Counted from the first letter of the stretch, positions 1 through 7,395 are shown. The stretch is 15,162 bases of DNA from an uncultured Thermoplasmatales archaeon (GCA_964514975.1 CAZESS010000031.1:1-15162); one strand, 5' to 3'. The notes: generated from the sequence alone by a model not told the origin. Made by a program: numbers and translations.

Positions 1-33
1 TTCGGCATCTCAGCATAGCGTTTCCGTTTGTTA

Positions 34-88
34 AATGTTTTCAGGACAGTACACTCTGCATGCCATATTGTACTGTCCCGAAAACATT
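34..88. repeat. 20-bp inverted repeat with 15-nt spacer (hairpin or pair of IS-like ends)
   Basis: AATGTTTTCAGGACAGTACA (34-53) pairs with TGTACTGTCCCGAAAACATT (69-88), 19/20 matched; the single mismatch (43/79) would be a G-U pair on the minus strand. Confidence 0.9.
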
Positions 89-111
89 AAAGGATGCTCC
101 TCCGAGAGCAG

Positions 112-153
112 TCAAGTGACCGGGTTTTTTACTTCAATCGCATATTTACTCAT
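112..153 (-). pseudogene. Possible 5' relic of an ABC-transporter ATPase gene (MSKYAIEVKNPVT*)
   Basis: ATG at 153 downstream of the permease stop; peptide resembles the typical ABC ATPase start AIEVKNLxK, then stops ~24 nt before the inverted repeat. Only 13 codons. Confidence 0.3.
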
Positions 154-209
154 CCTATCAACTCACATGGATACACCCATCTCATTCTTTATACACTGTA
201 GACCCAAAT

Positions 210-749
210 TCATCCTGATGTGCCACTCCCTGTTTTATCCATGATCCATTCTATAACGAGCCCCATCAACCCCACGAAAACGATGGTTAATGATAATCTC
301 GCCAGCATGAAGTTGGGTCATAAGAACTGCAGTTCCACCATCTCCTGGGGCATCTTAATGCAGGCCCACGCTGATAGGAACACCACCATGTTCGATATCC
401 TCGCCCCTTTTTTTATCATCGTCGAAACCATAGGGAAGGCAACATACAAGGGACCCGTGGGTAAGGTACCGAAGAGAAGTGCCAGGAAAAATCCTTTGAT
501 GCCGGATGCTTTTCCGAAATGTTTGACAACCGTTTTTGTAGGTATGAATACTGCAAAGAGACCCATCAGTATCATCACAGCTGGAAGAATGAACACCATT
601 TCCATAAGATAATCTAAAGATGCAGACATCACAGGTTCTCGTCTTCCAGGGTAGATATAAAGCAAACCCAAAGCGAACACCAACAGCAGCGCAAGTATGA
701 TCCAATCACGGGCTATCTTTTTCTTCTGCCCTCCCTTTTCATCTTTCAC
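210..749 (-). pseudogene. DUF318/ArsP-like permease subunit (AWACIK type) interrupted by an in-frame TGA at 318-320
   Basis: Hydrophobic ORF with LPTGPLYVAFP, KKGAR and FLSAWACIKMPQE motifs; reading continues in frame past the TGA as PNFMLARLSLTIVFVGLMGLVIEWIMDKTGSGTSG* (stop 210-212), aligning with GARFMALRLVLTVVFVVIMGLVIEQF of the paralog at 2273-2545. GTG start overlaps the upstream stop (GTGA, 746-749). Confidence 0.85.
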
Positions 750-1229
750 AGTATCATCCCCATTATCAGAGCTATGATAACAGCGATAATGAAGCTCACA
801 CCATTCCTCAACAGAGCGAATTTCGCGCCAAGTTTCTTAATCTCCAGTGGCAAAGTGACCATACCAATCATCGTTAATGTAGCAATAAATGCTGCAACTG
901 CTGTAACAGTGGCGCCACTATCCAATATCGATGCTGCAAGGGGGAACGCAAGGAGAGCAGGAATGTGCAGAACTGAACCCACCGCCGCTATAAGAAGGAC
1001 ACCAAAGAAACCCGATTGTTCACCAACGAACCGTGATATCTCATCGGGAGGAATAAAAACCGAGCATCAATCCGATGATCACTATTATAATGAGGACCGT
1101 CGGTAAGATATGAAATAAAGACATACCTGCTTTCCTGAGGGATTGGATAGCCTTTTCTTTATTTTTATAGAAGCCGTAGGTAAGCGATATAAGAGCGAAT
1201 GCATTGATGAAGATAGCTGTTATACTCAT
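746..1229 (-). pseudogene. DUF318/ArsP-like permease partner subunit with a +1 frameshift in an A5/T5 run at 1055-1059
   Basis: ORFs 1041-1229 and 746-982 join into one 160-aa membrane protein (...GLMLGFIPPDEISRFVGEQSGFFGVLLIAAVGSVLHIPALLAFPLAASIL...) when one T is removed from GGTTTTTATT; span 484 nt = 3n+1; ATGA and GTGA overlaps with both neighbours. Confidence 0.85.
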
Positions 1230-1513
1230 TTATTCACCTTGATTTGGATACCGAGTATTTTCACATTCTTATCCGCTTTCATAGATATCGTGGCGGGTTC
1301 GGTGATCAGGCATTTTCCTTCGCTTAGTACCACCGATGTATTATCTATGGTGATTTCAACTTCACCCGCCAGCACCATAAATAGTACATGGGAGGACATA
1401 GGACAGGGCAATATTTCTTCTCCCTTTTCTAAAATTATGTGTCTCGCTTTGAATTCCTCTGCGTTATGGAACTCTTTCTTTTCGTTCATATTTTTTAGGT
1501 CAAAAACTTCCAT
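1226..1513 (-). CDS. Cupin-fold protein, atypical (95 aa; lacks the canonical His ligands)
   Basis: Cupin-like pattern LEKGEEILP...VLFMVLAGEVEITID...LSEGKCL; start moved to ATG 1513 (MEVFDLK), preceded by SD-like GAGGCGA just after the PadR stop. Confidence 0.75.
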   Translation of the reverse strand: MEVFDLKNMNEKKEFHNAEEFKARHIILEKGEEILPCPMSSHVLFMVLAGEVEITIDNTSVVLSEGKCLITEPATISMKADKNVKILGIQIKVNK

Positions 1514-1532
1514 CTTTCTCGCCTCTGCTTTT

Positions 1533-1910
1533 TTATTCTGTTCCAAACTCTTCATCATAAAAGCTGAGTATCTTTTCCATCATTCTCTTTCGTTTTTTGA
1601 TCATCTCTAGCCACTCCTTCAGATGTTCTCTTCCATTCTCTGTAATACTGTAAACTCTTCTATCAGGGCCAGAATCGCTTTTTACCCATCCCGACCTGAG
1701 AAGCCCTTCTTTTTCCATCCTTCTGAGTGTGGTGTACATGGTCCCGGATTTGATTACATGTCTACCTTCACTCAGCTCTTCGATCCTCTGGATGATGCCG
1801 TATCCATGAAGTGGCTCTTCACAAACGACCCGAAGGATGAGGAACTGTATCCACCTTCGCTCTGGGTAATTGTGTCCATGAGGACAATCGGTGCCCGGTC
1901 TTTTGCACAT
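1533..1910 (-). CDS. PadR-family winged-helix transcriptional regulator with a Cys/His-rich N-terminal extension
   Basis: LILRVV..EPLHGYGII..I, SGTMYTTLRRMEKEGLL and GPDRRVYSITENG are hallmark PadR motifs. Confidence 0.93.
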   Translation of the reverse strand: MCKRPGTDCPHGHNYPERRWIQFLILRVVCEEPLHGYGIIQRIEELSEGRHVIKSGTMYTTLRRMEKEGLLRSGWVKSDSGPDRRVYSITENGREHLKEWLEMIKKRKRMMEKILSFYDEEFGTE

Positions 1911-1919
1911 CGCTGTAAC

Positions 1920-1947
1920 TATATAACAAAGTTATATAATCTTTTTG
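1920..1947 (-). promoter_or_regulatory. BRE/TATA promoter of the padR operon overlapped by a palindromic operator
   Basis: Minus strand CAAAAAG-A-TTATATAA (1947-1932), TATA ending ~22 nt before ATG 1910 (leaderless spacing); perfect inverted repeat TATATAAC-AAA-GTTATATA at 1920-1938. Confidence 0.75.
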
Positions 1948-2049
1948 CATATGCCCTCGAAATTATTCCCTGCAACACCGTTCAAACCGTGACAGACCTT
2001 TCGTTTCTTTTCACCGCCAGCAGCATAAAACTGTGTCCCTGATCGATGA

Positions 2050-2545
2050 GCGCTTCCCGCGGCGCTGGCCGCGGTCGCAGGAATCGCGGTGGCGATGCTG
2101 CTGCTGTTCCCGGAAAAACAGGCAGCGGTTACCTCGACCTCCCGGGATTATCTCATGGAGATGGCTGTGATTCTGCCCTGGGTGATGGTCATCATGGGCC
2201 TGTTTGCCATATGGGTGCCAGACGAGGTCGTGGTACGATATCTGGGCCATGCCGCAGGGGTGAAAGGGCACGATGCTTTCCCTGTTTCTCGGGATGCTGC
2301 CGACGGAGCCGCTCTACGTCGCGTTTCCCATGGCAGCAGCGTTGCTTAAAAAGGGCGCCCGGGTGGCCAACATCATCGTGTTCCTCTCCGCCTGGGCCTG
2401 CATCAAGCTGCCGCAGGAGCTGGTCGAGCTCGAGTTCATGGGAGCCCGGTTCATGGCACTCCGCCTTGTCCTGACCGTCGTGTTCGTTGTCATCATGGGG
2501 CTCGTCATCGAGCAATTCGTTGCGAGGTCAGAAAAACATGTATAA
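2050..2545 (+). pseudogene. Second (high-GC) copy of the AWACIK-type DUF318/ArsP-like permease; 5'-truncated and frameshifted
   Basis: Frames 2089-2349 and 2273-2545 join by deleting one G at 2266-2268 (GVKG-TMLSLFLGMLPT); DYLMEM, MGLFA, PLYVAFPM, KKGAR and FLSAWACIK are shared with 210-749; in-frame TGA at 2047-2049 with no ATG for the N-terminus; PTGP changed to PTEP. Confidence 0.85.
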
Positions 2546-2571
2546 CGCGCTCGCAATGTAGAAAAGAGGGT

Positions 2572-2904
2572 ATGATGACAGATGTAGGGATAAAAGCGGG
2601 AATCGTCGTAAACGTGCCTGACCTCGCCGCCGTGCAGGATGGCGCAGTGGTGAGCAGAACCATCCTCGACCGTACTGCGGGAACCGTGACCCTGTTCGCC
2701 TTTGACGAGGGGCAGGGACTGAGCGAGCACACCGCGCCCTATGACGCATTGGTCTACGTTCTCGAGGGAGCCCTCGATATCCGGATATCGGGGAGCTCCG
2801 TCCGGGTACACAAGAGGCAGATGGTGCTCATGCCGGCCGATGAACCACATGCGCTCACCGCCGTGGAGCGATGCCGGATGCTCCTGGTGATGGTCCGTTC
2901 ATGA
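2572..2904 (+). CDS. Cupin domain protein (small cupin_2 type)
   Basis: VTLFAFDEGQGLSEHTAPYDALVYVLEG and MPADEPHALTA motifs; purine-rich GAGGG just upstream of the ATG. Confidence 0.9.
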   Translation: MMTDVGIKAGIVVNVPDLAAVQDGAVVSRTILDRTAGTVTLFAFDEGQGLSEHTAPYDALVYVLEGALDIRISGSSVRVHKRQMVLMPADEPHALTAVERCRMLLVMVRS

Positions 2905-2917
2905 CGAGCGATGGATG

Positions 2918-3982
2918 TTATGTGATGATTTCGTCGAGGCGGTCCTGCTCCACCGCCATCTTGAGTTCCTGGGCGATGCGCTGCCCCGTCGAAAGGCCGG
3001 GCTGCACCAGGTTGGCATATGGTGAGCCGTCGATGTAGATGTTGGTGCCGGCGACGATGCGGGCGGATATCTCGAAGATCTTGAAGTCGAGGTCCTCTGT
3101 GACCACCGTCTCCAGACAAAACGGGCCGTAGAGCCCGCCGAACAGCTCATATGATCTCTTGATGACCTTTTCGCCCATCTCGAAGACCTTTTTGAGCAAT
3201 GACTCGCGGAGCACGATGGGAATGTTGCCGGTCACCACGAACGTCGGCTTGATGCCCATGTCCTCGAGCTCGGTGATGGAGCCAAGGCGGTGTGCCTCGT
3301 CGATGTTGGTCTCATCCCGCCGGTCGACGCCGAGCACCTGGATCGAGCCATCCCGGACCCGGTAGCCGTCGGTGGACAACGGCGAATAAAAATAATGGAT
3401 GTAATAGCGGGTGCCAACCAAAAATTCCTGCATGATGTAGGGCTTGTCCTCGTCTATTTTTTTCCTGAAATCCTGGTAGTCCTTGGCGATGAAAAAGCCC
3501 TTGCCGCCCTTGGCGCCGTGATATTTCACGATGACCGGTTTCTCGATGTCATGGGGATCCTCGATGACCCGGGGCATGGGCAGGCCGGCACTCATCAGCC
3601 ATTCCCGTTCCTTCTGTCGGTCGGACTCCCATTCCAGGACGTCACGGTTGCCATAGGTTGGAACGTTGAGCTGCTTGAAGTTGTCAGCACCCATGTATTC
3701 AACGAAGGAGCCCGTCGGCACCACCACCGCGTTTTTGCTACGCAGCTGAGGGGCATGCGCGTTCACGTTTTTCCAGTCGTCGACGGTGTAAAACTCGTCG
3801 GGGCTACCCAGTGGAAACGCCTCATAAAACCGGGGTGGCTCCCTGATGGCGATGCCGATGCTGCGCATGCCCTCCTTCCTGGCGCCGTCGAAAATCTGCA
3901 TGGAGGAATGCGAGCAGACCGTCGTTATAGAAATGTCGTCCGTGTCGTATCCGTCAAGGATTTCTGTTATCCCCATTACCAT
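2918..3982 (-). CDS. purP: Formate--phosphoribosylaminoimidazolecarboxamide ligase (FAICAR synthetase, ATP-grasp)
   Basis: SHSSMQIFDGARKEG, GSFVEY, GAKGGKGFF, VTGNIPIVLRESLL, GPFCLE and EISARIVAGTN match archaeal PurP. Start set at ATG 3982 (3976 is an alternative) rather than GTG 4024. Confidence 0.9.
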   Translation of the reverse strand: MVMGITEILDGYDTDDISITTVCSHSSMQIFDGARKEGMRSIGIAIREPPRFYEAFPLGSPDEFYTVDDWKNVNAHAPQLRSKNAVVVPTGSFVEYMGADNFKQLNVPTYGNRDVLEWESDRQKEREWLMSAGLPMPRVIEDPHDIEKPVIVKYHGAKGGKGFFIAKDYQDFRKKIDEDKPYIMQEFLVGTRYYIHYFYSPLSTDGYRVRDGSIQVLGVDRRDETNIDEAHRLGSITELEDMGIKPTFVVTGNIPIVLRESLLKKVFEMGEKVIKRSYELFGGLYGPFCLETVVTEDLDFKIFEISARIVAGTNIYIDGSPYANLVQPGLSTGQRIAQELKMAVEQDRLDEIIT

Positions 3983-4081
3983 ATATAACGGAAACCATAT
4001 TTCAAGTTTCTGGCCGCACCGCACAGCCCATATCGAGAAGAAAACTTAAAAAGGCATCAGGACATTCATTAGGGTGGAACT

Positions 4082-4321
4082 ATGAAGGTCATGGAGAACG
4101 ATTTGAGGGGAAAAAGAGTCATGAGCGACGAGGGCATGTACCTCGGCACGCTGCGGAACATCACCGTCGACACCCATACCGGCGACCTCGAAAACCTGCT
4201 GGTGGAGGCATCCGACAAAATCGATCCCCGCCTGTATCATCAGGATGAGCGAGGCTACCTGCTGTTTCCCTTTTCATCGGTCAAATCGGTGCGGGACGTC
4301 ATCGTCATCGGCGAAGAATAA
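4082..4321 (+). CDS. Stand-alone PRC-barrel protein (resembles archaeal cell-division CdpB2 type)
   Basis: 79 aa with LRGKRVMSDEGMYLGTLRNITVDTHTGDLENLLVE and PFSSVKSVRDVIVI PRC-barrel pattern; AT-rich TTAAAAA at 4046-4052 upstream. Confidence 0.85.
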   Translation: MKVMENDLRGKRVMSDEGMYLGTLRNITVDTHTGDLENLLVEASDKIDPRLYHQDERGYLLFPFSSVKSVRDVIVIGEE

Positions 4322-5644
4322 ATGGATTCATTTTTTTCCCCGGACGGGGTCGCCGTGGTCGGAGCGTCCGCCAGCCCCGGCAAAATCGGCCATGAGATTT
4401 TTAAAAATGTGCTCGCGACCGCGCAACATGCATATCCCGTCAATCCATCCGCCGATACCATTTTCGGCCGGCGGTGCTATCCATCTGTCAGGGATATACC
4501 AGGCAGGGTAGACCTTGCCGTCGTGGCGGTGCCACCCCATCTCGTGCCCGACATCGTTGACGACTGCGGCAAAAAAAACGTGGCCGCAATGATAGTCATC
4601 TCTGGCGGGTTCAAAGAGGTCGGCAACGAGGGGCTCGAACAGGACATGCTCGACAGGGCGCGGCAGCACGGCATCCGCATCATCGGCCCCAACTGCATCG
4701 GCGTCTACAACGGCGCCACGGGCTTCAACACGTTTTTCCAGCGTGACATGGAGCTCCCCGGGCCGGGGCCTATGGCCGTGGTCACCCAGTCGGGCACCAT
4801 GGGTATCGGGCTGCTCGAAACATCCGACGACATCGGCATCTCGCGCTTTGTCTCCTATGGCAACGCAGCCGACGTCGACGAGCGCGACCTGCTTGACTAT
4901 CTTGCAGACGACGAGGCCACGGACATCATCGCCATGTATCTGGAGGGCGTCGACGACGGCCGGGCACTGTTCGAAAATCTGCCCGCGAAGCCGGTCGTCA
5001 TGCTGAAAGCCGGCCGGACCACGTCGGGAAAAAACGCGGCTGCATCGCACACGGGAGCGATGGCGACCCGGTATGCCCTGTTCGAGGGTGCAGCACGCCA
5101 GCACGGCGCACTCGTCGCCGACAGCTTCGAGGAGCTCCACGACCTGGTCAGCCTGCTCGCCATGCAGCCCCTGCCCGCCGGTGGCAGGGTTGCCATGATA
5201 ACCAACGGAGCCGGACCCTGTGTCCTAGCCGCCGACAGCATCCATGGGACACGAGAGCTCCGGCTGGCAGACGTCGACCCCCAGGGGCTCGAAGAGCTGC
5301 CCTCCTATGCCATCAGGGGCAACCCGGTCGACCTGACGGGGAGCGCTACCGCGGGGCATTACCTCGAAGGCATCGAGGCGCTGCTCATGGACGACGACGT
5401 CGATATCATCATGCCGTTTTTCGTGTTTAAGGACGCCCCGCTGCTCGACACGCTGGACGAGCTCTACCAGGGCCTGGCATCGCTCGACATCCACAAGCCG
5501 GTGGTCGGGGTGGCGCTGGGCTCCCGCTTCGTGCAGGAGCAGCAGCGTCGAATGCGCAGGATAGATATCCCGCTGGTATCGGAGCCGTCCCGGGCCATCG
5601 AGGCACTGGACAAGCTCGTATGGTATGCCGGGTGGCAGCGATGA
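4322..5644 (+). CDS. acdA: Acetate/acyl-CoA ligase (ADP-forming) alpha subunit, CoA-binding
   Basis: VAVVGAS..PGKIG, YPVNP, GGFKEVG, IGPNCIG, TQSG, SYGN, YLEG, phospho-His motif ASHTGA, TNGAGP, NPVDLTG; no ATP-grasp domain. Confidence 0.88.
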   Translation: MDSFFSPDGVAVVGASASPGKIGHEIFKNVLATAQHAYPVNPSADTIFGRRCYPSVRDIPGRVDLAVVAVPPHLVPDIVDDCGKKNVAAMIVISGGFKEVGNEGLEQDMLDRARQHGIRIIGPNCIGVYNGATGFNTFFQRDMELPGPGPMAVVTQSGTMGIGLLETSDDIGISRFVSYGNAADVDERDLLDYLADDEATDIIAMYLEGVDDGRALFENLPAKPVVMLKAGRTTSGKNAAASHTGAMATRYALFEGAARQHGALVADSFEELHDLVSLLAMQPLPAGGRVAMITNGAGPCVLAADSIHGTRELRLADVDPQGLEELPSYAIRGNPVDLTGSATAGHYLEGIEALLMDDDVDIIMPFFVFKDAPLLDTLDELYQGLASLDIHKPVVGVALGSRFVQEQQRRMRRIDIPLVSEPSRAIEALDKLVWYAGWQR

Positions 5645-7374
5645 GAATCGCGGTGCTTGACCGTGATGCCTGTTATCCGCAGCGCTGCTCCCAGGAGTGC
5701 ATCCATTTCTGTCCCCGGGTGCGGAGCGGCGACGAGACCATCGTGATGGACGAGGAGACTGGGAAACCGGTGATATCGGAGGGGCTCTGCGTGGGATGCG
5801 GCATCTGCGTGCACAAGTGCCCGTTTGATGCCATCTCCATCGTGAACCTGGCCGACGAGCTAGAGGAGGACATGGTCCACCAGTTCGGCAGAAACGCGTT
5901 TCACCTGTTCCGCCTGCCGACGCCCAAGCAGGGAAAGGTGGTCGGCATCCTGGGGCAGAACGGCATCGGGAAGACCACGGCCATCAACATCCTGTCCGGC
6001 ACGCTTGCGCCGAACCTGGGCGACTGGGATGCATCGGCGGATGTCGAGGCGGTGCTGGACTACTACGCCGGAACAGAGATGCACGACTACATGGAGCGGC
6101 TCTACGACGACGAGCTCGACGTCGCATTTAAATCACAGTATGTGGACACCTATACATCGAAAAAGGGCACCATTGGCGATTTCATCGACCCCGCTGCGGC
6201 GAGACGGTTCGACCTCGAGCGTGTTATGAGTCGGAGACTAGACGAGGTGTCGGGCGGCGACCTGCAGAAGCTGGCCATCGCCGAGACGGTCGCGCAGGAC
6301 GCCGACGTGTATTTTTTTGATGAGCCCTCCTCCTATCTGGACATCCATCACCGTATCAGCATGGCCCGTGAGATACGGGAGCTGGCCGACGGCGGCGCCA
6401 TGGTCATGGTGGTCGAGCACGACCTCGCCGTCCTGGATTTCCTGGCTGACATGGTGCACCTCCTCTACGGGAAAAAAGGCGTCTATGGCGTGGTGACGCA
6501 GCCGAAGTCGGTGCGCCACGGCATCAACATGTACCTCTCCGGCTACCTCAAGGAGGAAAACATCCGCTTCGGCGAGGAAATCGAGTTCGAGGTCCATCCA
6601 CCGCTGCAGCTCGAGGGGCGCAACGTCCTGGTGACCTTCGAGCCGCTGGAAAAACGCTACGAGGGCTTCACCCTGGAAACAGAGCAGGGAGAGATACACA
6701 GGGGCGAGGTCGTCGGCATCGTCGGCCCCAACGCCATCGGCAAGACCACGTTCGTCAGGATGCTGGCCGGCGTCCTCGAGCCCACGGATGGGAGCGTCGA
6801 CGCGGCGGTGACGGTGAGCTACAAGCCACAATATGTCCGGCCAGTCAAGGGAACCGTACAGGATATTTTTTTAACCAGCGAGGGGCTCACCCCCCACTAT
6901 GAGCAGCAAATCATCCGGCCGCTGGGCGTCGACCGGCTGTACGACAAAAAAGTGAAGCAGCTCTCGGGCGGCGAGCTGCAGACGGTGGCTATAGCGCTCT
7001 GCCTCTCCCGGCGGGCGGACATCTACCTCGTCGACGAGCCCTCGGCGTATCTCGACGCAAGCCAGCGGATGCATGTCGCCAAGGTCATCAACCGGGTGAT
7101 GGAGGACGAAAACAGGGCGGCGATGGTGGTCGACCACGACGTCTATTTCATCGACCTGGTCAGCCAGTCCCTGATGGTGTTCACCGGCGAGGCGGAGGTC
7201 CACGGCCACGGCGAGGGACCATTTGGCCTCCGGGAGGGCATGAACCGCTTTCTCCGGGAGCTGGACATCACGTTCCGGCGGGACGAGGAAAGCAACCGAC
7301 CGCGGGTCAACAAGCCGGGCAGCCGGCTGGACCGCAAGCAGCGGCGCATGGGCGAATACTACTATGAGTTGTAG
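5641..7374 (+). CDS. rli: ABCE1/RLI1 ribosome-recycling ATPase (577 aa)
   Basis: N-terminal Fe-S domain (CYPQRCSQECIHFCP; CVGCGICVHKCP), two Walker A (GQNGIGKT, GPNAIGKT), two DEPS Walker B, C-terminal RPRVNK..S..D....GEYYY; ATG 5641 overlaps the acdA stop (ATGA). Confidence 0.97.
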   Translation: MRIAVLDRDACYPQRCSQECIHFCPRVRSGDETIVMDEETGKPVISEGLCVGCGICVHKCPFDAISIVNLADELEEDMVHQFGRNAFHLFRLPTPKQGKVVGILGQNGIGKTTAINILSGTLAPNLGDWDASADVEAVLDYYAGTEMHDYMERLYDDELDVAFKSQYVDTYTSKKGTIGDFIDPAAARRFDLERVMSRRLDEVSGGDLQKLAIAETVAQDADVYFFDEPSSYLDIHHRISMAREIRELADGGAMVMVVEHDLAVLDFLADMVHLLYGKKGVYGVVTQPKSVRHGINMYLSGYLKEENIRFGEEIEFEVHPPLQLEGRNVLVTFEPLEKRYEGFTLETEQGEIHRGEVVGIVGPNAIGKTTFVRMLAGVLEPTDGSVDAAVTVSYKPQYVRPVKGTVQDIFLTSEGLTPHYEQQIIRPLGVDRLYDKKVKQLSGGELQTVAIALCLSRRADIYLVDEPSAYLDASQRMHVAKVINRVMEDENRAAMVVDHDVYFIDLVSQSLMVFTGEAEVHGHGEGPFGLREGMNRFLRELDITFRRDEESNRPRVNKPGSRLDRKQRRMGEYYYEL

Positions 7375-7383
7375 TCCGCCATA

Positions 7384-7395
7384 CAAATATATTTG
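7384..7395 (+). promoter_or_regulatory. Perfect 12-bp AT-rich palindrome / probable TATA element
   Basis: CAAATATATTTG is self-complementary and sits in the intergenic gap after the ABCE1 stop. Confidence 0.5.

Larger units (their letters stand above)
1..2045. mobile_element. Lower-GC accessory block (putative horizontally acquired segment; left boundary may lie outside the window)
   Basis: Hand counts: 23/60 GC at 601-660 and 22/60 at 1441-1500 (though 33/60 at 901-960) versus 42/60 at 5101-5160; abrupt switch to GC-rich sequence at ~2046-2050; Lys-rich proteins; IS-end-like inverted repeat at 34-88. No integrase or transposase in view. Confidence 0.55.

Noticed and set aside
35-244. 69-aa plus-strand ORF and other plus-strand ORFs in 220-2042
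   Set aside because: No recognisable motifs; they are antisense shadows of the minus-strand operon or run through the inverted repeat.
318-320. Selenocysteine or UGA=Gly recoding of the internal TGA, with the 34-88 hairpin as SECIS
   Set aside because: The aligned residue is Gly, not Cys; TGA is the real stop of cmk, secY, map and acdA; the hairpin is almost fully paired and lacks the unpaired GAA/A motif of archaeal SECIS; the neighbouring gene is also broken.
1533-1558. Longer ORF-track starts for the cupin (1558), purP (4024), ABCE1 (5620), map (9211) and the membrane protein (10082)
   Set aside because: Extensions overlap upstream genes or promoters and lack homology; downstream ATGs fit SD, TATA or coupling signals better.
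2027-2041. AAAACTGTGTCCCTG as a matching end for the TGTACTGTCCC repeat arm
   Set aside because: Similarity is short, gapped and in the same orientation as the 69-88 arm; compatible with chance.
2046-2474. 142-aa Arg/Gly/Ser-rich ORF
   Set aside because: Alternative frame of the permease pseudogene with composition typical of off-frame GC-rich DNA.
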